Of a DNA stretch of 59,310 nt, positions 26,953-36,909 are shown in pieces. The notes under the pieces are model-generated. The model was given only the letters and a program-made list of their open reading frames with translations, had not been told where the DNA came from and did no database searches. Position numbers and translations under genes: made by a program. The first letter of the stretch is position 1. The number at the start of each line of letters is the position of its first letter. Source of the stretch: Psychrobium sp. GTDB lineage: Bacteria > Pseudomonadota > Gammaproteobacteria > Enterobacterales > Psychrobiaceae. The stretch lies in assembly GCA_013214905.1 (NCBI GenBank), contig JABSRV010000006.1, positions 1 to 59,310 of the forward strand, written 5' to 3'.

Positions 26953-27866
26953 ACACAGCAATGATAACGATGTCTGTTAAAAGAGAATACTGGGAACACA
27001 AGGTCATGATGTTCTGGGTGCCATTAGTGATGTTTGCACTGTTTGTTATTGCACCCTTATTAACGTGGTTATTCGCTGATTCTGGCGTATTCCCAAAGGT
27101 ATTGAGTGAACAATTTCTGCAACATTTTTCTGATGGTATTAATTCTGAGCGCAGCGGCATGATCACGGCGGTTGCCGAGGGATTCATTTCTTCTTTTTTC
27201 TTGTTGTTCATGATGGCGGCATTTTTGGCGCAACTGAGTTATTTTACCAATTGTTTGTTTAGTGATCGCAAAGACGGTTCTATTATTTTTTGGCGCTCGT
27301 TACCTGTGGGCGATCATACCAATATCGCTATCAAACTTCTTCTCGGGGTAATACTTGTTCCAGCGTGTTTTTTATTGTGTGCGACGATGCTGGTCTTAAC
27401 GGCTAGCGTATTATTTTCGATGTTAGCGCTATTTTCCTCTTTGGTCTTTGATATTTCAATATGGTCTTTTTTAACCCAGTCGGAAGTGCTTGGCAGCATC
27501 GGCATTATGTGGCTAATGATTGTACCGTTGGCACTATGGTTATTGCCTATATATAGCTGGTTACTACTGGCGTCAAGCGCCGCTAAAAAGGCTCCTTTTT
27601 TATGCGCTTTTGCACCCATTGTTATTTTACTAGCGGTAGAGTATTGGTTAAATTACATTGAACTCATCGACAGTTCATATTTATTTAACATGTTTGTTGG
27701 CTATTTTGACTTGAGAAATGTCGTCGGCTTTGATCCTTATTCATTTGATTTATGGAACGTATTAAGCTTAACCATGGGAAAAGTAAGCATTGGCGCAATA
27801 TTACTATCAATGGTATTTATTGCTGGCGCGTGGGCTTGTCGTAAATATTTACCAGACAACAACTAA
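26949..27866 (+). CDS. ABC-2 type permease
   Basis: KREYWEH, DRKDGSIIFWRSLPV, six or more TM helices; coupled to the ATPase. Confidence 0.85.
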   Translation: MNTAMITMSVKREYWEHKVMMFWVPLVMFALFVIAPLLTWLFADSGVFPKVLSEQFLQHFSDGINSERSGMITAVAEGFISSFFLLFMMAAFLAQLSYFTNCLFSDRKDGSIIFWRSLPVGDHTNIAIKLLLGVILVPACFLLCATMLVLTASVLFSMLALFSSLVFDISIWSFLTQSEVLGSIGIMWLMIVPLALWLLPIYSWLLLASSAAKKAPFLCAFAPIVILLAVEYWLNYIELIDSSYLFNMFVGYFDLRNVVGFDPYSFDLWNVLSLTMGKVSIGAILLSMVFIAGAWACRKYLPDNN

Positions 27867-27899
27867 CACTATCACTAAAAATTAACTCTCTCTCTAATT

Positions 27900-28400
27900 T
27901 TAGTTATGACCTAAAGCAGTCGCTACAACGACTGCTTTATTTTTGTCTAAATCCCCCCGGGGTGATGTCGATATTGCGTTTAAACATGTGAATAAACGCG
28001 GGAAAATACGGTCAAGCGCAATACGGTTTATAGAACGTTGTTGCTCAAGCCAATGAATGGCTTGATACAACTTTAGCTGTTCGTGCCAATGGCTAAAGGT
28101 CATGCCAAGTTCACTGTCAAAACGCCAATTGTTGCCAGCAAAGATTTGCAAGCGATGGGGTATCAATTAATTATTACTCGGTCTGGCTTACAGCGTGCTG
28201 CGATGAGCGGCATGAAAAAGGTATTATCCGAAATTTATCAGGTTGGGCATAGCGCGATGAAATGCTCAGTTTTAGCAAGCGTGAGCAGATAGTGCAAACG
28301 CAGACATTTTTAACGCCTTAAAAAGAACGATGAATGTTTGTGCATATTGCCGCGCGGCAGTTTATCTCACCAATTGACCCCTCAATATTTTTACATTGAA
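27900..28400 (-). pseudogene. Decayed AraC-family (NimR-like) regulator; extent approximate
   Basis: ELGMTFSHWHEQLKLYQAIHWLEQ..SINRIALD, followed in another frame by AFIHMFKRNIDIT, i.e. an AraC double HTH with frameshifts/deletion. Confidence 0.65.
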
Positions 28401-28418
28401 TTATTCGCTATACGTATC

Positions 28419-28477
28419 TGTTATATAAACGAACATCAACTGTCATGAAACCGAACATTTAGCTGTTCGGTTTTACA
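28419..28477. promoter_or_regulatory. Putative enhancer (UAS) sites for the sigma54 activator
   Basis: TGT-N11-ACA boxes at 28419-28435 and 28441-28457 (22-bp period), plus an inverted half-site TGTTCGGTTT at 28464. Confidence 0.5.
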
Positions 28478-28518
28478 TTGAATAAATGTAATTCACTGTT
28501 ATTTAATGTATTTAAAAG

Positions 28519-28535
28519 TTGGCATCAACCTTTCA
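28519..28535 (+). promoter_or_regulatory. Putative sigma54 (-24/-12) promoter
   Basis: TTGGCAT-CAACC-TTTCA versus consensus TGGCAC-N5-TTGCW; non-canonical -12; the operon encodes a bEBP. Confidence 0.55.
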
Positions 28536-28578
28536 TATGGAAGTGCAGAAAGTAATTATTATTTAAGGCATTACCCAT

Positions 28579-29817
28579 ATGAATATCGAGTTAGGCCAAG
28601 CCAAACCTATCAAGCGCATTATCGCGGTGACTGTATTTTTGCTCATGATAGCTTATGCATTGTATAGCGCGTTGATGCAAGGCGGTAAAAGCGTTGCGGC
28701 GGCGCAGCTTGAATTTAGTCAAGTTGTGCAAGGGCCGTTAGACATTTATGTCAATACGTTTGGTGAGTTTGTCTCAGCGAAAGAGCGTTTATTAACGGCG
28801 CCTGCGCTGGGCAAGGTGGCAGAAATTATGGTGCGTCCGGGCGCAACAGTATCACCTGAAACGGTAATATTACGCTTGGTTAATCCGCAATTAGAGCAGC
28901 AAGTTAGCCAAGCTAAAGGCACCTTGGCGCAGCGAAAAGCGGCGCAAACCGCGTTTAAATTTGAGCAAGAAAACGCCTTGCTTGATTATCAAGGTCGCAT
29001 TGAAGATCTTAAAGCCAAATTAGAGCAAGCCGAGCTAGAGCTGGCTGTGAACGAAAAATTATTGGCGATGGGCACTGTCTCTAAAATTAAATTACAACGC
29101 GCAAAATTAACCGCCAAGCAAAGCATTAGCCGATTAAGCTTTGAAAAAAGACGTTTTAAAAAATTTATTGAAATGCAGTCTTATCAATTAACGCAAAAGA
29201 AAATAGAAGTGCAGCAGCAGCAAGACAAGGTGACCTTGTTAATAGCGCAGTTGGCACAAATGTCGATTACTGCAGGCTTAAACGGCACCTTGCAAACCTT
29301 AGAAGTTGCATTGGGACAAAGCGTTAATTTAGGACAGTCGATTGCTAAGGTTGGCAGCATTAAAGATTTAATCGCCAAACTTCGTTTACCGCAACGTCAG
29401 GCTGATCAAATAACCCTTGGCGCGCGGGTGATGATTAATACGCAAAAAGGTAAAATTGCCGCACACATCTCGCGCATCGAGACATTAGTTAACAACGGCT
29501 CGGTATTAGCCGAAGCGATATTAGACGGTGAGTTAACTAGCAATGCTCGACCTGCCTTACCCATTAGCGCAAAAATATTTCTAGAGCATCAACCCAAAGC
29601 CACCTACGTCAAGCAATCGCCTGGTTTACGCGCCAACAGCAAACATAAGTTATTCGTACGCACTAGTGATAATCAACTAGTGCAGCGTGAAGTGATATTT
29701 GGCCAATTAAGCGATAATAAATTATTGATCGCTAGCGGCTTAGTCCCCAATGAAATTATTGTCAGCAGTGACATGAAAGATTATCAGCAATATTCAAATT
29801 TAGAGCTCGTTCTTTAA
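28579..29817 (+). CDS. Efflux periplasmic adaptor (MFP, MacA/HlyD-like)
   Basis: N-terminal TM anchor, lipoyl half motifs (LTAPALGKV..I.VRPGATV; ITAGLNGTL), long alpha-hairpin. Confidence 0.88.
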   Translation: MNIELGQAKPIKRIIAVTVFLLMIAYALYSALMQGGKSVAAAQLEFSQVVQGPLDIYVNTFGEFVSAKERLLTAPALGKVAEIMVRPGATVSPETVILRLVNPQLEQQVSQAKGTLAQRKAAQTAFKFEQENALLDYQGRIEDLKAKLEQAELELAVNEKLLAMGTVSKIKLQRAKLTAKQSISRLSFEKRRFKKFIEMQSYQLTQKKIEVQQQQDKVTLLIAQLAQMSITAGLNGTLQTLEVALGQSVNLGQSIAKVGSIKDLIAKLRLPQRQADQITLGARVMINTQKGKIAAHISRIETLVNNGSVLAEAILDGELTSNARPALPISAKIFLEHQPKATYVKQSPGLRANSKHKLFVRTSDNQLVQREVIFGQLSDNKLLIASGLVPNEIIVSSDMKDYQQYSNLELVL

Positions 29818-29862
29818 CGCGCCGTCGACATAATAATAGAAATAATGACAGGAATAAACACC

Positions 29863-30597
29863 ATGACAACTCATAGTAAATTACTCGTAAACATCGACAA
29901 CTTATATAAAAGCTACAACAGCAAGCAAATTGAAACCAAAGCATTGCAGGGTGTTTCTATTGCGATATACCAAGGCGAATTTGTTGCAATTACCGGCCCG
30001 TCGGGTTGTGGTAAGTCGACTTTATTGTCCATTATGGGATTGATGGATACACCGACCTCGGGACGATATTTAGTGTCAGAGGTTGATACGGCTGGTTTGA
30101 AAGTTGATCAAAGAACGATGATCCGCAATAAGCACATAGGTTTTGTATTTCAGTCATTCAACCTAATTGATGACATGAGCGTATTTGATAATATCGCCCT
30201 TGTTTTAGAGCATCGTAAGACCAAAAAAGCAGAAATAAAGCAGCGTGTTGAAGAAGTCTTAGGGCAAGTTGATATGTTAGCCAGACAACATTATCGTCCA
30301 AATCAACTCTCTGGTGGACAACAACAGCGCGTGGCGATTGCCCGTGCATTGGTTGGCAAACCCGATCTTATTTTAGTCGATGAGCCAACGGGCAACCTTG
30401 ATACGGTTAATGGCGATAAAGTGATGGCGCTGCTCGAAAAGCTAAATCAAGCGGGCTCAACCATTGTCATGGTAACGCACGACAGCCGTTATGTGCGTTG
30501 TGCTAGTCGACAAATTCAATTGCTAGATGGCAAGATCATTACCGAAAAGTCGTTGCAAAGCATTGCCACGCCAGATGCTAAGGTAGCTATCGCATGA
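29863..30597 (+). CDS. ABC ATP-binding protein (LolD/MacB-type)
   Basis: [42 protein letters not shown]; AGGA RBS favours ATG 29863. Confidence 0.95.
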   Translation: MTTHSKLLVNIDNLYKSYNSKQIETKALQGVSIAIYQGEFVAITGPSGCGKSTLLSIMGLMDTPTSGRYLVSEVDTAGLKVDQRTMIRNKHIGFVFQSFNLIDDMSVFDNIALVLEHRKTKKAEIKQRVEEVLGQVDMLARQHYRPNQLSGGQQQRVAIARALVGKPDLILVDEPTGNLDTVNGDKVMALLEKLNQAGSTIVMVTHDSRYVRCASRQIQLLDGKIITEKSLQSIATPDAKVAIA

Positions 30598-33059
30598 GTT
30601 TAGCCATTAAATCATTAAAACGTGGCGTGGCGCGCATCTTTACCATGCCCCGCTTAAGTGTCTCTTTAATCTCGGCATTAGGACTCACCCTCGGCGCGGT
30701 ATTATGTGTTATCGCAATTGTGTCGGCGTTGTTATTTAGACCCTTGCCGGGCATTGCCAACTCAGCACAGTTATACAGCGTAGATTTCAAATTGAAATTA
30801 GGAAGTCTTGAGTTTTCTGCGTTAACGCCCCATCGTATTAATCATTTATCAAAGCAATTTGCAGACTTAGGTCAATGGGCGGGTATTGATAGCAAAGCGA
30901 GCAATGTGCAAATTGACGACACGAATTTTGCAGTGACGCAATTCACCGCGAGTCAAAATATCAGCAAGGTATTAGGCACTAAGCTACTAATTGGTCAGCC
31001 TATAGATGAAAGTGCCAGCGAATTGCAAATTTGGATTTCTAATTCCTTATGGCAAAGCGCCTATGCTGGAGACGATGATGTGGTTGGTCAAATCATTAAT
31101 CAACAGGGAAAACGTTATGTTATTACTGGAATATTACAAGATGTAGTCGGTCTGAAGACCGACGGAGAGATGATAGCGCAGCAGTTGTGGTTTATTGACG
31201 ATTACAGTAAGTCGACAGCACCACAAGCCAGCAATGTTGCGGCGGGGGGGATCAATAACGTGCTATTAAAGCCATATCAGAGTGATGTTGACTTGCCAAA
31301 TAAAAAGCAAATAAGACAATGGTTTGAGGAATATGTAAAGCAAGAAATTACTCAGCCGATGATGCAGCAGTTTACACTTAGCTTTAAGTTCACAAGTGAA
31401 ATAAGTCCATACCGCGTTCATTTTCTTGGCGATAGTTACAAGCTGATCATTGCTTTGGCCATCACCGTTGCTGGACTGTTATTAATGGCAACCTTAAACC
31501 TGCTTAATTTGTTCTTGAGCCATTACCAAAGTCGCAGTAAGGAATTTGCAATTGCACTTAGCATTGGCGCAAGTGTTTGGCGTTTACGGTTATTAGTGAT
31601 GTTAGAAAATCTGCCGTTGTTTAGCATCGCAGGTGTCTTTGGTCTTTTAGTGAGTGGCTGGATAATTAAGGCATTACCCATTATCAGTAATGACTCTTTA
31701 CCGATGATCAGCGAAATTAGCATTGATAATACCACCATGTTAGTCGCGATGGTTTTAGTTTTAGGCTTGGTGTTTATGTTTAGCTTGTTGGCATTGGTTG
31801 ACGTCGATAAGCAGCGATTAATGGACAGTTTAAATAGCAGCGGCAAGGGAAATATAAGCCAAACCAATCATTGGTTAAGTCGCTCGTTAATGGTGTTGCA
31901 ATTATCTATCGCGTCTATCCTAATGACCGGCACGGTGATGCTGGCCAAAAGCAGTTTTGATTCAGTGACACAAAGCACTGGTTTTGAAATTAACAATCAA
32001 GTACGGCTTCGTTTTGAATATAAAGATAAGTCATGGCTCGAAAAACTTGGTGTAGCAGACGGTAATTACAAAGGCAGTGAGTTAGCCCAGCTTAATCAGC
32101 GTATGAGCCAAAGCCTAGAGCAAGAAATATCTGGTGCGAAAGTGATTATTACCGACGGCGCGGTATTATCTGGCGTGTTCAGAATTATTGCATTTTCCAC
32201 CAAAGAAAAACCCGATGAGCAATTGGTTTATCAAGAGCGCACGCTTAGCGCCTCATATTTTGAAGCATTTAAGATAAACATGCTGGCGGGTAAAAATCTA
32301 ACGCAACAGCAAATTGATAATGGCGACAGATTAGTCGTTGTTGACAGCACGTTAGCTCGTTTACTGTATCCAGAGCTTAGCGATGAGAAAATAATTGGTC
32401 AAGAATTCCACATGGATCAAGACGACAAACGTGTAATTGCCGGTATTGCTGCGCCCGTTGATGTTGGGGACGATAGATTTAACATGCCAATGCTTTATAA
32501 CCCAGAGTTTCATTTGTCGAGCGCCGCCACTTTTACTATCGATGTTCCTAGCGGCACAACGTTAAGTCTGGCGCAGCTAAAGCCTGTTTTTGACGAGTTA
32601 TTTCCGCGGTTAGAGTTAGTTGATGTTGAAACCTTGCAAAGCTTGTTAGACATCAAAACGGCGCCGCAGCGCGTTAGTTTACTGCTGTTAGTGACAGTGT
32701 CGTTACTGACCTTGTTATTAGCCATTATTGGCGTATCAAGCTTAACGTTAATGAATACCCAGCAAAAGAAATATGAAATGGCGGTTCGCATGGCGACTGG
32801 CGCGACGCAAGCTAACTTGCTGTGCTTTATCTTAAAAGATGCTGTGTGGTTGCTTATTATTGGGCTGGGACTGGGCTTTGCGTTGTCTGTATTTACTTAT
32901 GATTGGTTAAAAGGACAGGTGACATTATTGCCAGACTTTAATTGGCTGACCTTAACAACTCTTGATATCACCCTGGTATTGGTGGTTCTACTCTCGGTTG
33001 TTATACCAGCATGGCGAGTAATCAAGCAAGATCCTATCAGTGCATTGCGTCAACGGTAA
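30594..33059 (+). CDS. Duplicated MacB/FtsX-type ABC permease, paralogue 1
   Basis: Two periplasmic-domain/FtsX halves; RSKEFAIALSIGA and KKYEMAVRMATGA motifs; ends DPISALR. Confidence 0.9.
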   Translation: MSLAIKSLKRGVARIFTMPRLSVSLISALGLTLGAVLCVIAIVSALLFRPLPGIANSAQLYSVDFKLKLGSLEFSALTPHRINHLSKQFADLGQWAGIDSKASNVQIDDTNFAVTQFTASQNISKVLGTKLLIGQPIDESASELQIWISNSLWQSAYAGDDDVVGQIINQQGKRYVITGILQDVVGLKTDGEMIAQQLWFIDDYSKSTAPQASNVAAGGINNVLLKPYQSDVDLPNKKQIRQWFEEYVKQEITQPMMQQFTLSFKFTSEISPYRVHFLGDSYKLIIALAITVAGLLLMATLNLLNLFLSHYQSRSKEFAIALSIGASVWRLRLLVMLENLPLFSIAGVFGLLVSGWIIKALPIISNDSLPMISEISIDNTTMLVAMVLVLGLVFMFSLLALVDVDKQRLMDSLNSSGKGNISQTNHWLSRSLMVLQLSIASILMTGTVMLAKSSFDSVTQSTGFEINNQVRLRFEYKDKSWLEKLGVADGNYKGSELAQLNQRMSQSLEQEISGAKVIITDGAVLSGVFRIIAFSTKEKPDEQLVYQERTLSASYFEAFKINMLAGKNLTQQQIDNGDRLVVVDSTLARLLYPELSDEKIIGQEFHMDQDDKRVIAGIAAPVDVGDDRFNMPMLYNPEFHLSSAATFTIDVPSGTTLSLAQLKPVFDELFPRLELVDVETLQSLLDIKTAPQRVSLLLLVTVSLLTLLLAIIGVSSLTLMNTQQKKYEMAVRMATGATQANLLCFILKDAVWLLIIGLGLGFALSVFTYDWLKGQVTLLPDFNWLTLTTLDITLVLVVLLSVVIPAWRVIKQDPISALRQR

Positions 33060-33073
33060 TAATAAAAGGAATT

Positions 33074-35527
33074 ATGGCGATGAGTTTAGCAAGTAAAGCG
33101 TTAAGCCGAGGCATTGGCAGAATATTTAATCTGCCACGCCTTAGCGTATCACTTATCGTGTCTTTGGGACTTACCTTAGGCGCGGTATTAAGTGTGGTGG
33201 CGATAGCGTCGGCTTTGCTGATTAAACCATTGCCAGGGATCGAGGCCCGCGACAAACTGTTTGAAGTTGATCTGGCGCTAAAGTTAGGCGATAGCATCAA
33301 TATTTCTATCTGGAACGAGCATCGACTAAATCATGCATCACAGCATTTCTCTGATATCGGAGAGTGGGCGGGCATGACAACATCGATACATACGGTGGTG
33401 TTTAACGGCCAAACACAAAAAATTGTGCAATATGTCGCTAGTGCAAACACAACACAAGTGATGGGCACTAAATTATTATTAGGCGCTGCGGTTAGCAAAG
33501 AAAATATGACGAATAATATCTGGATCTCTCAAGGATTGTGGAAAAACACTTTTTCGGGTCAAGATAATGTATTGGGCAAAGTGATAAATATAGCGGGGCA
33601 ATCATATATTATCACTGGTGTTTTGGCTGACTTTGTTAATTTAGATAAAAGCGCAGCACGTTCACTTGAACAGATCTGGCACTTTAAAGACTTCTCACAG
33701 GCATTAAGAGATAAAAGCAGCGCCACACTAACTAGAACGGTTAATACTGTATTTTTACGCCTACATAACAATGTTACTAACGTGCCAACAACCGCCAGTC
33801 TTAAGCAGTGGATGGAGGCATATGTCGATAAGGAATTTAGTTTACACAGTCAGGAATTCTATCAAAGCTTTGCCTTTAATGGGGATGTGCAAACATTTCA
33901 GCAATACTTTTTAGGGCGCAGTTATCAGGTGATTATTGCACTGGCGGCAGCGGTTATAGGGTTATTGCTGATGGCTGTATTAAACTTGCTGAATCTATAT
34001 TTGAGTCATTATCAAAGTCGTAATAAAGAGTTTGCCATTCAACTTAGCCTTGGCGCTAGTGAGTGGCGCATGCGTTATTTATTATTTTTAGAAAACTTAC
34101 CCAGCTTTATACTCGCAGGCACATTAGGATTATTGGTTAGTGGCTGGTTGATGACTATATTGCCGATAGTCGCAGGCTCATCGCTACCCGCTATTGATAG
34201 TGTGACAATCGATTCCCTTACCTTGTTAAGTGCAATGATGTTGGTAATAACCTTAGCCATGTTATTTAGTTTGTTGGCGCTAGCAGACGTCAAATCACAT
34301 AGCTTAATGCAAAGCTTAAATAGCAGCGGTAAAGGTGCAACCAATCAGCAAAGTTACTGGTTAAGTCGCGCACTCATGGTGGGGCAGTTAACAGTTGCTT
34401 CGTTGTTAGTCACTGGTGCTGTCATGTTAGCAAGTAGCAGCTATCAGCACGTTTATCAGGACAACGGCTATGAATTGGGTAATAGTTATCAGCTAAACAT
34501 TAACGTTAAAGATGACCAGCTAGCGGAGCAGCTCGACGACATTAAGAAATATGGTGGTAGTCAGTTGCAACAATTACATGGTGAGATTAATCGTTTATTT
34601 GAGCAGAAAGTAGCGGGTAGTTCGGTCATTATTAATGATGGTGGCCCCTTAACTGGCAGTTCATTTATTCGCTCTTGGGCAACTGAAGATGGTGTGCAGC
34701 TACTTGTACAATATAGATCGCTTAGTGCCACATATTTCGAGCAGTTTAATATTGAGATATTGGCGGGCAAAACGTTAACCCAGCAGCAAATAGATGATAA
34801 TAGTGAATTGGTGGTTATTGACCGTGAATTAGCAAAACAAATTTTCCCGTTATTAAGTTATCAACAGATGATAGGAAAAAAAATGCCATTTAACGAAAGC
34901 AAGATAATCACTGCCGTAGTAGCAAATGTGGGAGCCTTAATTGGCCATGCGTTACCAGCGTATTATTCATCAAATATCTCAGCCAGTGATTCCTTAATAG
35001 TGACCATGCAAGTACCAAAGGGGCAAGGTGGTGATTTCAACTCTTTTAGGCATGCATTTAACAAGGCCTTTCCCGCGCTAGAATTGGAGACAATTATATC
35101 GCTGCAAGATATTTGGCAGAGCCAAACACTAGCAGAGCGCACAAGCCTTATCATACTAAGCACCATTAGCATCCTAACCTTGTTATTGGAGGCGATTGGC
35201 GTGGCGGGTTTAACCTTAATGAGCACGCATCAAAAGAAATATGAGTTGGCTATTCGCATGGCAACGGGCGCGTCGCAATGGCGTTTATTACGCTTTATTT
35301 TAAAAGACGCGTTGTGGATATTGATCATTGGGCTGGGACTTGGTTTCACCTTGTCGGTATTTGGTTATGAATGGCTGCGAGATAAGCTGAGCTTATTACC
35401 AGAATTCAATTGGTTAACCCTTACTTGGCTTGATGCGTGCTTGGTTATTATTGTGCTACTATCGGTGATAATTCCGGCTTGGCGAGTGATCCGTCAAGAC
35501 CCCATTAATGCATTGCGCCAAGAATAA
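33074..35527 (+). CDS. Duplicated MacB/FtsX-type ABC permease, paralogue 2
   Basis: Clear paralogue of 30594..33059 (RNKEFAIQLSLGA, KKYELAIRMATGA, DPINALRQE); start at 33074/33080 after AAGGA. Confidence 0.9.
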   Translation: MAMSLASKALSRGIGRIFNLPRLSVSLIVSLGLTLGAVLSVVAIASALLIKPLPGIEARDKLFEVDLALKLGDSINISIWNEHRLNHASQHFSDIGEWAGMTTSIHTVVFNGQTQKIVQYVASANTTQVMGTKLLLGAAVSKENMTNNIWISQGLWKNTFSGQDNVLGKVINIAGQSYIITGVLADFVNLDKSAARSLEQIWHFKDFSQALRDKSSATLTRTVNTVFLRLHNNVTNVPTTASLKQWMEAYVDKEFSLHSQEFYQSFAFNGDVQTFQQYFLGRSYQVIIALAAAVIGLLLMAVLNLLNLYLSHYQSRNKEFAIQLSLGASEWRMRYLLFLENLPSFILAGTLGLLVSGWLMTILPIVAGSSLPAIDSVTIDSLTLLSAMMLVITLAMLFSLLALADVKSHSLMQSLNSSGKGATNQQSYWLSRALMVGQLTVASLLVTGAVMLASSSYQHVYQDNGYELGNSYQLNINVKDDQLAEQLDDIKKYGGSQLQQLHGEINRLFEQKVAGSSVIINDGGPLTGSSFIRSWATEDGVQLLVQYRSLSATYFEQFNIEILAGKTLTQQQIDDNSELVVIDRELAKQIFPLLSYQQMIGKKMPFNESKIITAVVANVGALIGHALPAYYSSNISASDSLIVTMQVPKGQGGDFNSFRHAFNKAFPALELETIISLQDIWQSQTLAERTSLIILSTISILTLLLEAIGVAGLTLMSTHQKKYELAIRMATGASQWRLLRFILKDALWILIIGLGLGFTLSVFGYEWLRDKLSLLPEFNWLTLTWLDACLVIIVLLSVIIPAWRVIRQDPINALRQE

Positions 35528-35544
35528 GAAGTGAAGCAGCTATT

Positions 35545-36909
35545 ATGAGCGCCACTATATTAATTTGTGATGACGACGCCGACATTCGTTTGGCGTTGTC
35601 TCTATTACTGAGCAGCAAGGGTTATCAAATTCTTGAAGCGCAGTCTCCTAAAGAAGTGATGATCAATGCGAATCGTCATCAACCTGACTTGATCTTGCTC
35701 GACATGAACTTTTCCCGCGATACCACTAGTGGCATGGAAGGGCTCGAATTGGTCAGTCAATTGCAGCCAATGGGCATTCCGGTTATTTTAATCACCGCGT
35801 GGGGTTCGATTGAGCTTGCTGTAAAAGGCTTGCAACAAGGCGCTATCGACTTTATCGAAAAGCCTTGGCACAAAGAAAAACTACTGAAAAGCATTGAACA
35901 GCAACTCGCCATGCGCCAACTTAGCGATGAGAATACCGGCCTGCGTCAATTATTAACCCCAGATTCGCCATTGCCTTGGGTGGCTGAGTCGGCGTCGATG
36001 CGCCAAATCGAGCAATTATTACTGCAAGTCGCGCCAACTGACGCCAATATTCTTATCTTGGGTGAAAATGGGTCGGGCAAATCGTTATTGGCAAAACGCA
36101 TTCATCAGTTGTCATCCCGGTGTAATGCGCCGCTAATTGAAGTAAACATGGCGGCCATTCCAGTTAACTTGTTTGAAAGTGAATTATTTGGTCATCAAAA
36201 AGGCGCATTTACCGACGCCAAAGAATCTCGCGTTGGCCGTTTTCAATTAGCCAATGACGGCAGTTTGTTTCTTGATGAAATTGGCACCATGCCGCTTGAA
36301 CTACAGCCCAAGTTATTACGCGTATTAGAAACAGGGCAGTTTGAAGTCTTAGGCTCTAGCCAAACACAAGTTAGTCGTGCGCGCATTATTAGCGCCACCA
36401 ACGCCAAGTTGTCTGAGTTAGTGAGTGAGGGACGTTTTCGCCAAGACTTGCTCTATCGCTTAAACACCTTTGTCATTACCTTGCCGCCACTGCGCGAACG
36501 CCAACAAGATATCATTCTATTAGCGCAATCGTTTGTCACGAGTTATTGCCAAAAATATCACAAAGGAACATTAAGCCTTAGTGGGGATGCGCAATCGTTA
36601 TTGCTAAGTCATGCTTGGCCGGGCAACGTACGTGAACTACAACACGTGATTGAGCGCGCGGTGTTACTGTGCACTAGTGAGGTTATTAACGCGCCGCAAA
36701 TTCTTATCGACCAACAAGGCGGTGTAGTGCCAGTGGCACAATATAATGACAACGGCTCATTGTCGATTAGCGATAGCGAAGTTGCCTTGATCAATAAAGC
36801 GCTATTAGCGGCTAATGGCCAAGTCGCTGCAGCTGCCGAGCTATTAGGTATTTCGCGTAATTCGTTATACCGCCGCTTAGAAAAACACGGTATTTCACAT
36901 GAGTCGTGA
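35545..36909 (+). CDS. Sigma54-dependent response regulator (NtrC/AtoC family)
   Basis: Receiver DDD...LLDMNF; GENGSGKS; ESELFGHQKGAFTDA; FLDEIG; WPGNVREL; Fis-type HTH. Confidence 0.95.
   Translation: MSATILICDDDADIRLALSLLLSSKGYQILEAQSPKEVMINANRHQPDLILLDMNFSRDTTSGMEGLELVSQLQPMGIPVILITAWGSIELAVKGLQQGAIDFIEKPWHKEKLLKSIEQQLAMRQLSDENTGLRQLLTPDSPLPWVAESASMRQIEQLLLQVAPTDANILILGENGSGKSLLAKRIHQLSSRCNAPLIEVNMAAIPVNLFESELFGHQKGAFTDAKESRVGRFQLANDGSLFLDEIGTMPLELQPKLLRVLETGQFEVLGSSQTQVSRARIISATNAKLSELVSEGRFRQDLLYRLNTFVITLPPLRERQQDIILLAQSFVTSYCQKYHKGTLSLSGDAQSLLLSHAWPGNVRELQHVIERAVLLCTSEVINAPQILIDQQGGVVPVAQYNDNGSLSISDSEVALINKALLAANGQVAAAAELLGISRNSLYRRLEKHGISHES

Noticed and set aside
28579-35527. RiPP (darobactin-like) biosynthetic cluster
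   Set aside because: Transporter types are similar but there is no precursor peptide or radical-SAM gene nearby
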